Assembly: GCA_964370835.1 (NCBI GenBank)
Contig: CAYJLO010000005.1
Span: 3,643 to 67,642, forward strand
DNA: 64,000 nucleotides
Reading direction: 5' to 3'
Source: an uncultured Desulfovibrionaceae bacterium
GTDB lineage: Bacteria > Desulfobacterota > Desulfovibrionia > Desulfovibrionales > Desulfovibrionaceae
Below, one piece after another: positions 45,030 to 54,826 of the stretch; the stretch's first letter is position 1; every line of letters starts with the position of its first letter. Made by a program: the position numbers and the translations under genes. The notes beneath the pieces were generated by a model. That model was not told where the DNA came from. It saw only the letters and a program-made list of their open reading frames with translations, and made no database searches.

Positions 45030-46631
45030 ATGGCATTAAAAGATATTTTCAGCCGCTTAGGCGCTTCTGCCACGTCCGTCAAGGGTGGCATGGGGCAAAA
45101 GGGCGGTAATACACTCATGGTGGCTGTTCTTGAAGAATTTTCCGCCCGCGGCGTCTTGGTTCGCAAAAAATCCAAGGGGCAAATAGAGTTGTTGCGCTTT
45201 ATGGAAGTGGCCTTTGAGCAATCCATAGACAGTCCCAAATTACGCTTGGCGCATTTGTTTAAGCAATGGGGTGCCATTTCTACAAAAAAACTTCTAGTCG
45301 TCAGTGACGAATTTACTTCCACCATTGCTGAATTGCCTAAGCCACAAAAAATGGGACGTTTTGGCAAAAAAAAGGCTCAGAATGCTCTCAATGTTGCTGC
45401 TCGTTTTGAAATCAACCCTTTTTTAGATTACCCCGCCCATGAAGCCATGGTCAGCGTATATGTGCCGCCTTCTCCCAAGGGGGAGTTTGATGAATATGGC
45501 CTTGATGATTCCACCACGATGCAAGCCATTATTTTTGCTCTGCATGAAAAAAGCTATGAAAGTCTTGAGCAAGTGTGTGCCAGTCTTAAAATGAAGTTGG
45601 TGGGGGTCATGCCGCATGAGGTCTTTGCCTTTGCTCACTGCGCGCCGCAAGGTTCCACCATGGATGTTAAGCTCATGAGTGTGGACAATGAAAGGCCGCG
45701 CATTCTCGTTAATTGGCGCCCCTATGATGCCTTAGTGGCTCTGGCCGTCAATAATATGCCTGTCTCCTTTCAGCAGCATGAATTTGCATCGGAAGATTCT
45801 GCCATTGAATCTACGTTAAACATGGTGGATGAATTGGTGCAAGATTACGAAGGCAATTTTAAAACACAACCACTTATTATTTTAGGCGGTGAAGGCGGGG
45901 AGCAAAATTGGCGCACCTTGGTGGGAGAGTATGCCCCCAATGCCGAGGTAAAACGCTGGGATGTGGAGTTTGACCTGCCCGACGTGCAAAGCCCCGGAGT
46001 GGTGCCCGCTCGTTATATGACGGCTTTAAGCGCCGCCTCACAAGCTCTGTGCAAATATTGCCACGGGCTGGCGGTGGACAACCATATCCCCTTACATACT
46101 AAAATTGTGGCACATCCATTGGCTTTGCCCGCCATGATTCTCGCCTTTTTTATTTTTTGCATGGGTGTGGAAGCCTCTTGGCTTAAATACCAAGTGCTCG
46201 ATTCAGAAAATACCATAGCCGCCTTGGAAGAAGATAAAAAAGTCTTGGATGCCGCAGTTAAAAAAGGGCAGGACGCTGTGGCTAGGTTCAACGCGCTTTC
46301 TCAGGAACAACGAATAATTAAACAACAAACTCAATTGTTGGATACGGGTTTGCTAGACAGGCAGTATTTATTACGTGGCTTTTTGGCAGGTCTTATGGAT
46401 GTGACCCCGGAGTCTGTGCAGCTCAATGATATACAGCAATTTTCTGATCAGGTGTGGTTTTTGGCAGGTTCGGCCAAGCAATATGAGGCCGTAAGTCGCT
46501 ATGTGGTGCAGCTCAAAAATTTGCCCATGGTGCGCCATTGCCGCTTGGAAAAAAGTTCGCAAATGACGTCAAAGGAAGGAGAAGAGGTCTATTTTTCCTT
46601 TTCGTTGCAAATCAGGTTGGAGGAAGAGTAA
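45030..46631 (+). CDS. Bitopic assembly protein with GspL-like (fused PilM-PilN-like) architecture
   Basis: About 350 aa of cytoplasmic domain, a single TM helix (LALPAMILAFFIFCMGV), then a coiled coil and a ~120-aa periplasmic domain. The call rests on architecture and position, not on recognisable motifs. The start is set at ATG 45030 because the ORF-track start at 44940 lies within the pilin terminator. Confidence 0.45.
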   Translation: MALKDIFSRLGASATSVKGGMGQKGGNTLMVAVLEEFSARGVLVRKKSKGQIELLRFMEVAFEQSIDSPKLRLAHLFKQWGAISTKKLLVVSDEFTSTIAELPKPQKMGRFGKKKAQNALNVAARFEINPFLDYPAHEAMVSVYVPPSPKGEFDEYGLDDSTTMQAIIFALHEKSYESLEQVCASLKMKLVGVMPHEVFAFAHCAPQGSTMDVKLMSVDNERPRILVNWRPYDALVALAVNNMPVSFQQHEFASEDSAIESTLNMVDELVQDYEGNFKTQPLIILGGEGGEQNWRTLVGEYAPNAEVKRWDVEFDLPDVQSPGVVPARYMTALSAASQALCKYCHGLAVDNHIPLHTKIVAHPLALPAMILAFFIFCMGVEASWLKYQVLDSENTIAALEEDKKVLDAAVKKGQDAVARFNALSQEQRIIKQQTQLLDTGLLDRQYLLRGFLAGLMDVTPESVQLNDIQQFSDQVWFLAGSAKQYEAVSRYVVQLKNLPMVRHCRLEKSSQMTSKEGEEVYFSFSLQIRLEEE

Positions 46632-47216
46632 ATGGCCAAGCAATTTTCCATCATAGAGCGCTGGGGTGTGGTGAGCTTGCTCATAGTGGGCTGCATTTAC
46701 TTGTATCTGAACTACTTTCGCGACGCCATCATTGATGAACATAAAGCCCTCGTTAAGAAAAATAATGAAATTGTAAAAGCTATCAATGAAACGGTTCCAC
46801 CGGATAATATTGAATCCATAGAAGCAAGGGTGAGTAAGTTACAAAATGAAGTCAATGTGCTTAAAAAAAAGTATAATGAAGTAAAAGCACTACGCCTTGC
46901 CGATGAAAGTCGTGAAGAAGAAATGGTTTTGCGTATTAACGAAATGGCTGCCAATAATGGGCTTCATGTGAATCAACTGGCCCCGTATACGGAAGATTCT
47001 AAAAAAACTTCCTCTTTGTTTGCATCGGTGCAGACGGAACAAAAAGCCATGGAAAGAATTTTATATACTGTGAATCTTACAGGGTCTTTTACGTCGGTGT
47101 ATGAGTTTTTTTCGGAATTACGCTCATTACCTTCGGTGGTAAATGTGACCAATGTTAGAATCATGAGAAACAAGGATGCCGAAGATGTCAGCGTTAAGTT
47201 ATTATTTATTATCTAA
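46632..47216 (+). CDS. PilO/GspM-like bitopic assembly protein
   Basis: Short cytoplasmic N-terminus, a TM helix (WGVVSLLIVGCIYLYL), a coiled coil, then a ~90-aa alpha/beta C-terminal domain. The start abuts the preceding stop codon. Confidence 0.5.
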   Translation: MAKQFSIIERWGVVSLLIVGCIYLYLNYFRDAIIDEHKALVKKNNEIVKAINETVPPDNIESIEARVSKLQNEVNVLKKKYNEVKALRLADESREEEMVLRINEMAANNGLHVNQLAPYTEDSKKTSSLFASVQTEQKAMERILYTVNLTGSFTSVYEFFSELRSLPSVVNVTNVRIMRNKDAEDVSVKLLFII

Positions 47217-47949
47217 GGTGCGTCATTTTTCTGTGGCATTTTTGATGTTGGCCTTGTTCCCTCTGTGCTCTGTGCAGGCGGCGGAAAAAAACACCACAAC
47301 GGTAAGTTCCAAAGCCAATGCCGTTGCTGAGACTTCTGTGCAGGGCGCGGTAAATTCTTCTCATGTTCCCAATATCTCTGCGGCGCAAAAAGAAGCGGCA
47401 GAACAAAAAGCGGCAGGCGAAGGCACGCAACCCCCTGCCACCGGTGCAGCAGTAAATGCAGCAGAAGGTACAGCAGAAGGGGAGCAGGCCGCGCAACATG
47501 TATTGCCTGAGTCTAAATCTTCCAGTGCCCTGTATTTAAGCACTTTTGATGCCTCTCGAAAGCGTTGCCCTTTTTCAAAAATGGTGGATAGCCATGCACC
47601 GGTTACAGATACCACATGGTATACTGACGCCGCCGAAGATAGTGATGATGGTCAAGAGCGCGAGCCAGAAGATTTTCGTTTTGATGGTAGAAATAAACCC
47701 AACCATGCCAGCTACGAGCGATTGCCCAATATAAAGGTTACGGGTCTTATGCAAGTGGGCGGGCGGCGTGCTGTTTCAGCCAATATTCAAAATAAGGGTG
47801 TTTGTATTTTATATGAGAATGACAACGTGGTCATTGAGGCCAATGCCAAGACAAATTTGTCTAAATCCTTAATGATTAAAAAAATACATCTCAATGGTAT
47901 GACAGTGGTTTTAGATGACGGCAATGAAATAACAGGGAAGTTTTATTAA
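47185..47949 (+). CDS. Periplasmic PilP/GspC-like protein with an Ala/Glu-rich linker (tentative)
   Basis: Signal peptide (..FLMLALFPLCSVQA|AEK), a low-complexity A/E/Q/G region, and a C-terminal beta-rich segment (VTGLMQVGGRRAVSANIQNKGVCILYEND..IKKIHLNGMTVVLDDG) resembling the secretin-contacting domain of PilP/GspC. It lies directly upstream of the secretin gene. Confidence 0.4.
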   Translation: MSALSYYLLSKVRHFSVAFLMLALFPLCSVQAAEKNTTTVSSKANAVAETSVQGAVNSSHVPNISAAQKEAAEQKAAGEGTQPPATGAAVNAAEGTAEGEQAAQHVLPESKSSSALYLSTFDASRKRCPFSKMVDSHAPVTDTTWYTDAAEDSDDGQEREPEDFRFDGRNKPNHASYERLPNIKVTGLMQVGGRRAVSANIQNKGVCILYENDNVVIEANAKTNLSKSLMIKKIHLNGMTVVLDDGNEITGKFY

Positions 47950-47950
47950 T

Positions 47951-49768
47951 ATGAGCGAAAAAATTTCATTTTTCAAAACAGCATGCTCTAGTATGGTGTT
48001 ACTTTGTGTCCTGCTTTTGTCTTTTTCTGCCAGCACAGCGCAGGCAGCACAAGCTGGAGGCACATCTCACGCGCCCATTGTGGAGGTGTTTCAATTTGAT
48101 AAGACTCCTCTCAGTGAAATTTTACGCTTAATTTCTGAAATGACAGGGCAAAATGTGGTGGCCACGCCGGAAGTGCAAAACCTGCCCATTTCCATTTTTT
48201 TAAAGGATGTTACCCCAATTCTTGCTTTGGAAGTCATTTGTAAGACCTATAATTTGTGGTTTAGCGAGCAAGACAACATTATTCGCGTCATGAAGGTGGA
48301 AGAATACGGACGTGAGCTTACTTTGCGCCGTGATGAGCAAACACGCGTGTATAATCTTAAGTTTGCTTCTTGTTATACTGTGGGTGAAGCCATTAAAAAT
48401 GTTTTTGGTTCAAGGGTGTTACTTACTAGTCCTGAAATTGTGGAAAGCTATGGCCATGTGGGGACCGATGAATTTCCTGATATCGGAGTAGATCCGGATC
48501 CTGATACTGAAAATATGGAAGTTCAAGATATTACGTATGATAAAAAGGAAAAGGGCGTCACGGAGCTTGCCGGTTTAAAAATGGACGAAGTGGACCTTGG
48601 ACGTATGGCACGTCTCTTACGAGATGGTGGTGACTTCACACCAGAAATGCTGCTTGAGCGTCAAATTGGTCAGGCGAGAGCTTTGATGACGATTTTCCCG
48701 CGCAATAACAGTGTGATTATGCGTTCGGTGGATTCTGGTTTACTCAAAGAAGTTGGCGAGCTCATTGCGCAAATAGATACCCCCACCAGAGAGCTTTTAC
48801 TGGAGGTAAAGATTTTAGGTATTACTTTAGAAGATGGCATGGAATCCTTCTTTGATTTAAGTTTTTCTGACGTAAATACAGCTACAAACAGCACTTTGGG
48901 TTTACTTTCTCAAGCAGGTTCTTTAACGCCATCACCGGCATCCTTTGCTTTTTCTTTTATCAATAGCAAAATTGACGCAAGCTTAAGTATGCTTGAGCGT
49001 GAAGGAAGAGTGACGGAATTGAGCACACCTATGATGTTTGTGGCCAATAATGCGGCGGGTAAATTCTTTCAGGGTGTGGAAATTCCCATTCGTGAAGGGT
49101 ATACTGTTACACAGCCGCAATTTAGCGAAAGCGGCACGCAAATATCACCTGCTCAAGTGAGCACTACCTATAGAACGGAAGAAGTGGGCTTTAGGCTTGA
49201 AATAGCTCCTTCCATCAATGAAGACCGCACCGTCACCATGAAAATCATGACGGAAATGTCTCAAGCTGGTATTGGGCAAGGTCCGGCTTTTGATTATGCC
49301 ATCAATGGGATTTCAAGAACAGGCGAAACCGACACCATTATTACCACAGAACTTGAAGATATTGTCATGGGTATGGATGGGCAAACCCTTATTCAGGAGA
49401 CCATTACCGACACGGAAGAAAAAGTTCCTTTTTTGGGTGATATCCCCATTTTAGGCTTCTTTTTCACCGATACTGTGAAAAATGCAACACGTAAAGAGCT
49501 TGTCATGCTCATTACGCCGCATATCATCATGACACCGCATGAGGCAGAAAGATTAAAAGCTGAGGTGTTGTCTAAAAATTCTAGTCATCCATATGAAACA
49601 CAAGGAAAAGGAAAGTTGCTTCAACTTGATGAAAAAACTGGAATTTTAGAGCAAACAACGGAAGGTGCCCTTGGTAAAACTCCTTTCCCCTTCAATATGG
49701 GCAAAGCAGTACGTAAGTTAGCTTATGGCAATCGCACCAAAGGTGCTCTTGTGGAAATTGGTGAATAG
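47951..49768 (+). CDS. Secretin (PilQ/GspD family)
   Basis: Signal peptide, an N0-like domain (FDKTPLSEILRLISEMTGQNVV) and a C-terminal secretin domain with the hallmark VPFLGDIPILGFFF and ELVMLITPHII. Confidence 0.9.
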   Translation: MSEKISFFKTACSSMVLLCVLLLSFSASTAQAAQAGGTSHAPIVEVFQFDKTPLSEILRLISEMTGQNVVATPEVQNLPISIFLKDVTPILALEVICKTYNLWFSEQDNIIRVMKVEEYGRELTLRRDEQTRVYNLKFASCYTVGEAIKNVFGSRVLLTSPEIVESYGHVGTDEFPDIGVDPDPDTENMEVQDITYDKKEKGVTELAGLKMDEVDLGRMARLLRDGGDFTPEMLLERQIGQARALMTIFPRNNSVIMRSVDSGLLKEVGELIAQIDTPTRELLLEVKILGITLEDGMESFFDLSFSDVNTATNSTLGLLSQAGSLTPSPASFAFSFINSKIDASLSMLEREGRVTELSTPMMFVANNAAGKFFQGVEIPIREGYTVTQPQFSESGTQISPAQVSTTYRTEEVGFRLEIAPSINEDRTVTMKIMTEMSQAGIGQGPAFDYAINGISRTGETDTIITTELEDIVMGMDGQTLIQETITDTEEKVPFLGDIPILGFFFTDTVKNATRKELVMLITPHIIMTPHEAERLKAEVLSKNSSHPYETQGKGKLLQLDEKTGILEQTTEGALGKTPFPFNMGKAVRKLAYGNRTKGALVEIGE

Positions 49769-49769
49769 T

Positions 49770-50870
49770 ATGAGCTTAGAAGGTCAAAGCACATTTAAAA
49801 CATGCACGCCTCTTGATGAACTTTTGCAAGACACCATAAAGCTTAGAGGTTCGGACTTGCATTTGACGCTAAATTCTTTGCCCTTGGTGCGTATTGATGG
49901 TGAATTGGCTAAGCTACCAAGGGAAGTTTTGTGCAAAGCGTGCCTAGATAACTACTTACTACCCATTCTTACGGAGAGGCAGAAAACAGTATTAAGCGAA
50001 CAACTTTCGGTGGATACAGCTTACAATTTAAATGAAGAAACACGTTTTCGCGTGAATATATTTTATCAGCGCGGGGCTTTGGCGGCGGTATTTCGTCAAT
50101 TACCGCATATAAAGTTATCTTTGGAGGCTTTAGGTATTCCTGAAGGTGTGCATTATTTTTCTGATCTTAAAGATGGTCTCGTCTTGGTTACAGGGCCTAC
50201 AGGATCTGGTAAATCAACCACCCTTGCGGCCATCATTGATAAAATAAATAAGAGCAAGCCTTGTCATATTATTACCATCGAAGATCCTGTGGAATTTGTA
50301 CATAATAATCAGAAGGCTCTTATTACACAAAGGGAGCTTTTTACCGATGTGCCTACATTTTCTGGCGCGTTACGTGATGCCATGCGTGAAGACCCCGATG
50401 TTATTTTGGTGGGCGAAATGCGTGACCTTGATACCATGCGCACCGCCATTATGGCTGCAGAGACAGGTCACCTTGTATTTTCCACCCTCCACTCCAGAGA
50501 CGCAGAGTCCACATTGGCGCGTATGGTTGGTGTTTTTCCCATTGAAGAGCAAACGCAAATACGTCAGCAGTTATCATCGACACTTAAAGGCGTCATTTCA
50601 CAACGTTTGCTAAAGCGAGCAGGCGAAAGCGGGCGTGTGGCCGCTGTGGAGGTCATGCGTGTGACACCGGCCATTTCTAATATTATTCGTACAAACAAAT
50701 TGGAACAAATGTATTCGGCCATAGAAACAGGGGCCAAGTTTGGCATGCAAACCATGGAGCTTTCACTTGTTAAGCTTTATCGCGATGGGCTTATCGATAG
50801 AGAAACGGCCATCCGCATGGCAAAAAGTGAATCGGTGATTACTCCAAGATTGGATGTGATTGATGCTTAA
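49770..50870 (+). CDS. pilT: PilT-type retraction ATPase
   Basis: Walker A GPTGSGKSTT, then ITIEDPVEF, DPDVILVGEMRD, ETGHLVFSTLH and a C-terminal AISNIIR (the PilT AIRNLIRE-type motif). At about 366 aa it lacks the long N-terminal domain of PilB/GspE. The ATG lies 1 nt after the secretin stop. Confidence 0.9.
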   Translation: MSLEGQSTFKTCTPLDELLQDTIKLRGSDLHLTLNSLPLVRIDGELAKLPREVLCKACLDNYLLPILTERQKTVLSEQLSVDTAYNLNEETRFRVNIFYQRGALAAVFRQLPHIKLSLEALGIPEGVHYFSDLKDGLVLVTGPTGSGKSTTLAAIIDKINKSKPCHIITIEDPVEFVHNNQKALITQRELFTDVPTFSGALRDAMREDPDVILVGEMRDLDTMRTAIMAAETGHLVFSTLHSRDAESTLARMVGVFPIEEQTQIRQQLSSTLKGVISQRLLKRAGESGRVAAVEVMRVTPAISNIIRTNKLEQMYSAIETGAKFGMQTMELSLVKLYRDGLIDRETAIRMAKSESVITPRLDVIDA

Positions 50871-52515
50871 CATGTTCGCAAATAGTACAGCAAAAACCGC
50901 TAATATGACATCTCCCCAAGTAAAATTGCGGGATGCGCTGTTGGAGGCGCAGGCCATAACAAAAGAGCAGTTTCAAGAAGCCATGCAAGTGCAATTGCGT
51001 AAAGGCAGCTCCTTGGCTGATACTCTTGTAAGTCTTGGCTATACCACGGAAGATGTGGTGGCACAGCATATGGCGGAAATTTGGGGGCTTGAATATGTTA
51101 ATTTGTATGAAACCACCTTTGATAAAAATGCCAAAAGTCTTTTGCCTGAAATGGTGGCCAAAAAGCATAAGGTGCTCCCCATTAATGGGGGAGAAAGCAT
51201 ACATGTGGCGGCAGACCAGCCTGTTTCTCCGCAAGTTATTAAAGCATTAGAGCGTATTACAAAAAAGAAAGTTAAAGTTTCCATTGCGTCACCTCAAAGT
51301 CTTTTGGAGTTGCTGGACAGATTGTACGAAATTGACGCTGTCATGGACTTTGCGGATAAAAGTGCCGTGGAAATTGTGGACGGCTTACTTCTTAAGGCTT
51401 TGCGATGCGGCGCTTCCGACATACATATTGAAGCTCTTGAAAATACCATTAAAGTACGTTTTCGTGTGGATGGTATTTTGCAAGAAATTAGTCAATTTCC
51501 GACAGATATGTTGTCTGTGCTTACTTCCAGAATAAAAGTCATGGCAGGGCTGAATATTGCTGAGCGGCGTAGCCCTCAAGACGGCGCTTTTGTTTATGAA
51601 ACAAGTGAAGATTCCATTGATTTACGTGTATCCTCTTTACCTTGTATTCATGGCGAAAAAATCGTTATGCGTATTTTAGCGGGAAAATCTAATCGATTAA
51701 CCGTGGAGCAAGTGGGGCTATCTGATCGAGACAAGGCATGTTTTGACCAATTAATTCGTCGACCCCATGGTATTATTCTCATTGTGGGGCCCACCGGTTC
51801 TGGAAAGTCCACCACCCTTTGTGCTGCGCTCAATTCCATTAACTCTGTGGATATTAATATTACCACAGTGGAAGATCCCGTGGAATATAAAATCGACGGT
51901 ATAAATCAAGTGCAAGTGAGTAAGGGAGATAAAGTCACTTTTGCCGCGGCCTTGCGTTCCATTTTACGTCAAGATCCTGATGTGGTCATGGTGGGGGAAA
52001 CTCGCGATATGGAAACAGCCTCCATTTCTCTGCGTGCTTCACTGACAGGTCACCTTGTATTTACAACTTTACATACCAACGATGCTGCAGGTGCCTTACC
52101 ACGTTTAGTGGACATGGGGTGTGAGCCTTTTCTTGTGGGGGCTTCAGTGTCCGGCGTATTGGCGCAACGGCTTTTGCGCAGACTTTGCCCCAAGTGCAAA
52201 GAAGCTTATGAGCCCACTGCTGAACAAGTAGCCGAGCTTGGCATTGAGCCTGAAAATGTTCTTTCCCCTTGGTATAAACCCAAGGGTTGTCCTGCGTGTT
52301 TACATTCTGGTTATAAGGGACGTATTGGCGTTTTTGAATTGTTAGTGGTTGATGAGGCAGTACGTACGGAAATCCTTAAGGGAAGTAATGCGCGCACGTT
52401 AGCCGAAGTGGGCAAGGGCGCTGGCATGACCACTTTGCGTGAGGATGGTATTCGCAAACTTCAGATGGGAACGACCTCCATGGAAGAAGTTCTTCGTACG
52501 ACCATTAAAGGGTAA
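50863..52515 (+). CDS. PilB/GspE-type assembly ATPase
   Basis: T2SSE N-terminal domain, Walker A GPTGSGKSTT, VEDPVEY, DPDVVMVGETRD, TGHLVFTTLH, and a tetracysteine Zn motif (CPKC...CPAC). Its start overlaps the pilT stop. Confidence 0.9.
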   Translation: MLNMFANSTAKTANMTSPQVKLRDALLEAQAITKEQFQEAMQVQLRKGSSLADTLVSLGYTTEDVVAQHMAEIWGLEYVNLYETTFDKNAKSLLPEMVAKKHKVLPINGGESIHVAADQPVSPQVIKALERITKKKVKVSIASPQSLLELLDRLYEIDAVMDFADKSAVEIVDGLLLKALRCGASDIHIEALENTIKVRFRVDGILQEISQFPTDMLSVLTSRIKVMAGLNIAERRSPQDGAFVYETSEDSIDLRVSSLPCIHGEKIVMRILAGKSNRLTVEQVGLSDRDKACFDQLIRRPHGIILIVGPTGSGKSTTLCAALNSINSVDINITTVEDPVEYKIDGINQVQVSKGDKVTFAAALRSILRQDPDVVMVGETRDMETASISLRASLTGHLVFTTLHTNDAAGALPRLVDMGCEPFLVGASVSGVLAQRLLRRLCPKCKEAYEPTAEQVAELGIEPENVLSPWYKPKGCPACLHSGYKGRIGVFELLVVDEAVRTEILKGSNARTLAEVGKGAGMTTLREDGIRKLQMGTTSMEEVLRTTIKG

Positions 52516-52517
52516 TT

Positions 52518-53741
52518 ATGCCAGAATTTATTTACACTATCCTATCTCCATCGGGAAAAGAATCCACTTCCAAGATGACTGCAGTAAGTGAGGCAGAGGT
52601 CATTGCTTTTCTTAAAGCTGAGGGGCATTTTTTACTTAAACTAGAGCAGGTTCAAGAAGGTGTTAAGCGTAAAGGAGAAATCAGTTTAGACGGTTTACGC
52701 GCTTCTCTTGATCCGGCAAAGCCCAAGCATCTTCCTTTGCTCTTTCGGCAAGTGGCGGTGTTGCTTGAATCTGGTGTGAGTATTGTGAGTAGTCTTGCGC
52801 TTATGGAAAATCAGTCGGGCCCTTATGGTTTGCGCAAAATGATGCAATCCATCAGAAAATCAGTGGAGTCAGGTGAGACTTTATCCGAAAGTTTAGGCGC
52901 CTATCCCCAAGTTTTTTCACCTTATATTGTCAATATGGTAGGCGCGGCCGAGCTGTCTGGTGACATTGAAAATGTTATGGTGCGTATTGCCGACCAATTG
53001 GAAATTACGGCGGCCTTTAAAAGACAGCTTATCACTTCCTTGATTTATCCCGGCTTTGTGCTGGTGGCTGCCGTGGGCGTTATTGCTTTTTTGACTTTGA
53101 GCGTTATCCCAAAATTTGCGGCCATGCTTGGAAAGGACAAAGGCTTACCGCCGGTGACGCAACTTATTATGGATGTTTCCGGCTGGATGCAAAGCAATTG
53201 GCAACTTTTTTTCGGCATTATTTTTGGTGTGATAACCTTGGCTGTACTTTTACGTAAAACTCCGGAAGGAAAGCTTTTTATTGATAAACTCCTCTTGCAT
53301 ATTCCTGTGGTTAAGGGCGTTGTGCGTTGTGATGTAGTGGTCACATTCACGCGAAATTTAGCCATGCTTTTTGCTTCGGGTGTTCCTTTGGTGGAGGCTC
53401 TTGGCACAGTGAAAAAGACCATAAGTAATGCCGCTGCGGCGTTGGTGGTGGAAGACATGGTGAACAATATTTTAGAAGGGGAGAGTATGTCTACTGTTCT
53501 TGCCCAACATGAAAAAATATTTCCCTCCATGGTGTGCGAAATGGTGCGAACGGGTGAAGAAACAGGGGAAATGGTAAAAGTACTCGAGCTGACCGCTAAT
53601 ATTTATCAAAGCATGTTGGAAACCAATGTGAAGCGTATGAATGCCATGATGGAACCGCTGATCATTGCTGTTTTGGGCGGCTTGGTGGCACTTGTAATGT
53701 ACGGTCTTATTGCGGGTATGCTTGCTGTGTACGGTTTGTAA
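52518..53741 (+). CDS. PilC/GspF-type inner-membrane platform protein
   Basis: 407 aa with a duplicated T2SS-F domain architecture, 3 TM segments, and typical motifs (..LLESGVSIVSSL.., ..LFASGVPLVEAL.., GEETGEM). Confidence 0.9.
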   Translation: MPEFIYTILSPSGKESTSKMTAVSEAEVIAFLKAEGHFLLKLEQVQEGVKRKGEISLDGLRASLDPAKPKHLPLLFRQVAVLLESGVSIVSSLALMENQSGPYGLRKMMQSIRKSVESGETLSESLGAYPQVFSPYIVNMVGAAELSGDIENVMVRIADQLEITAAFKRQLITSLIYPGFVLVAAVGVIAFLTLSVIPKFAAMLGKDKGLPPVTQLIMDVSGWMQSNWQLFFGIIFGVITLAVLLRKTPEGKLFIDKLLLHIPVVKGVVRCDVVVTFTRNLAMLFASGVPLVEALGTVKKTISNAAAALVVEDMVNNILEGESMSTVLAQHEKIFPSMVCEMVRTGEETGEMVKVLELTANIYQSMLETNVKRMNAMMEPLIIAVLGGLVALVMYGLIAGMLAVYGL

Positions 53742-53767
53742 TATTAAGAGAATGTAAAGGAATAATT

Positions 53768-54826
53768 ATGAAAAAAATACATACAATGAAAAAATACGCG
53801 TCTATCTTACTTGCCATGCTTTTTTTGGCTCCTTCTGCAGCTTGGGCGCAAGGTGAAACACAAGCTCCTACCGCACCATCTGTTCCTACAGATGAAGAAA
53901 TTATGGCAAAGCAAGACGGTTCGGCGCTTATTTCTGTTAATGGTGTAGATGTGCCTAAGTGGATGTTTGATAATGCTTTACGTGATGATTTGAGAAAAGT
54001 TCAGAAAGATAAAACACAAATTGTGGATGAAAATGCTGTAAAAAAAGGCGTAGTACAAAATTTAATCGATATGGAGTTGCTGCACCAAGAGTCTCAACGT
54101 CAAGGTTTGGAGGTCAATGAGGCAGGTGGGCATTTAAGAAGTGCCATCATGGGTGCGCGCTACAGAAATAAACCGGACGAATTTCAAAGAGTACTTGCCG
54201 CTGCTGGCATGACCATAAAGCAATACGGAATTATTTGGCAACAGCAAGCTTCTGTGAATCAATTATTGACCGCAAAAATTTTGAATAAAATCCAAGTACA
54301 AGAAGAAGAAATTGCGGCGCGGTATGAAAAAGATAAGCATATGTTTACGCGTAAACCTCAAATTCAAGCTTCGCATATTTTAATTATGGTGGAAAAAGGC
54401 GCCACTGCTGAGAAAAAAGCTGAAGCTCGCAAGAAGATAGAAGAACTACATAAGCTTGTCACGGGCGGGGCAGATTTTGCAGCCACTGCCAAAGAGCATA
54501 GCCATGATGGAACTGCAAAAATTGGCGGAAATTTGGGCTATTTTAGCAGGGAAGAAATGGTAAAGCCCTTTGCAACAGCTGCTTTTGCTCTCAAAAATGG
54601 TGCCATTAGTGACGTGGTGGAAACTTCCTTTGGATATCATATTATTAAGAAAACAGGCGAGCAAGATGCAGTGCCAAGTATTGATGAAATGCGTGTCAGT
54701 TTAACGAATACCATCAAAAATGAAAAGGGTAAGGCGGCCTTTGAGGCATTTAAAGCAGAGCTTGCGCAAAAGGCAGATATTAAAATCAACGATGCTGCCT
54801 TGGAGGGCATATACCATGCGAGGTGA
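53768..54826 (+). CDS. Periplasmic parvulin-type peptidyl-prolyl isomerase (SurA/PrsA-like)
   Basis: Signal peptide, a SurA-N-like helical domain, and a parvulin domain (ASHILI..., GGNLGYFSREEMVKPF, SFGYHIIK). It lies inside the pilus locus, and its stop overlaps the next gene's start by 11 nt. Confidence 0.8.
   Translation: MKKIHTMKKYASILLAMLFLAPSAAWAQGETQAPTAPSVPTDEEIMAKQDGSALISVNGVDVPKWMFDNALRDDLRKVQKDKTQIVDENAVKKGVVQNLIDMELLHQESQRQGLEVNEAGGHLRSAIMGARYRNKPDEFQRVLAAAGMTIKQYGIIWQQQASVNQLLTAKILNKIQVQEEEIAARYEKDKHMFTRKPQIQASHILIMVEKGATAEKKAEARKKIEELHKLVTGGADFAATAKEHSHDGTAKIGGNLGYFSREEMVKPFATAAFALKNGAISDVVETSFGYHIIKKTGEQDAVPSIDEMRVSLTNTIKNEKGKAAFEAFKAELAQKADIKINDAALEGIYHAR

Noticed and set aside
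53045-53530. 161-aa minus-strand ORF inside pilC, and the similar antisense ORF 56268..56828 inside the large prepilin gene.
   Set aside because: They are antisense to well-supported genes and have no independent signals.
54720-54815. ORF-track start at 54720 for the 650-aa prepilin-type gene.
   Set aside because: It would add a 32-aa basic extension overlapping the PPIase gene. Prepilin leaders are short, and the ATG at 54816 has a GGAGGG RBS and gives the canonical MRGDKG|LTLMELL signal.
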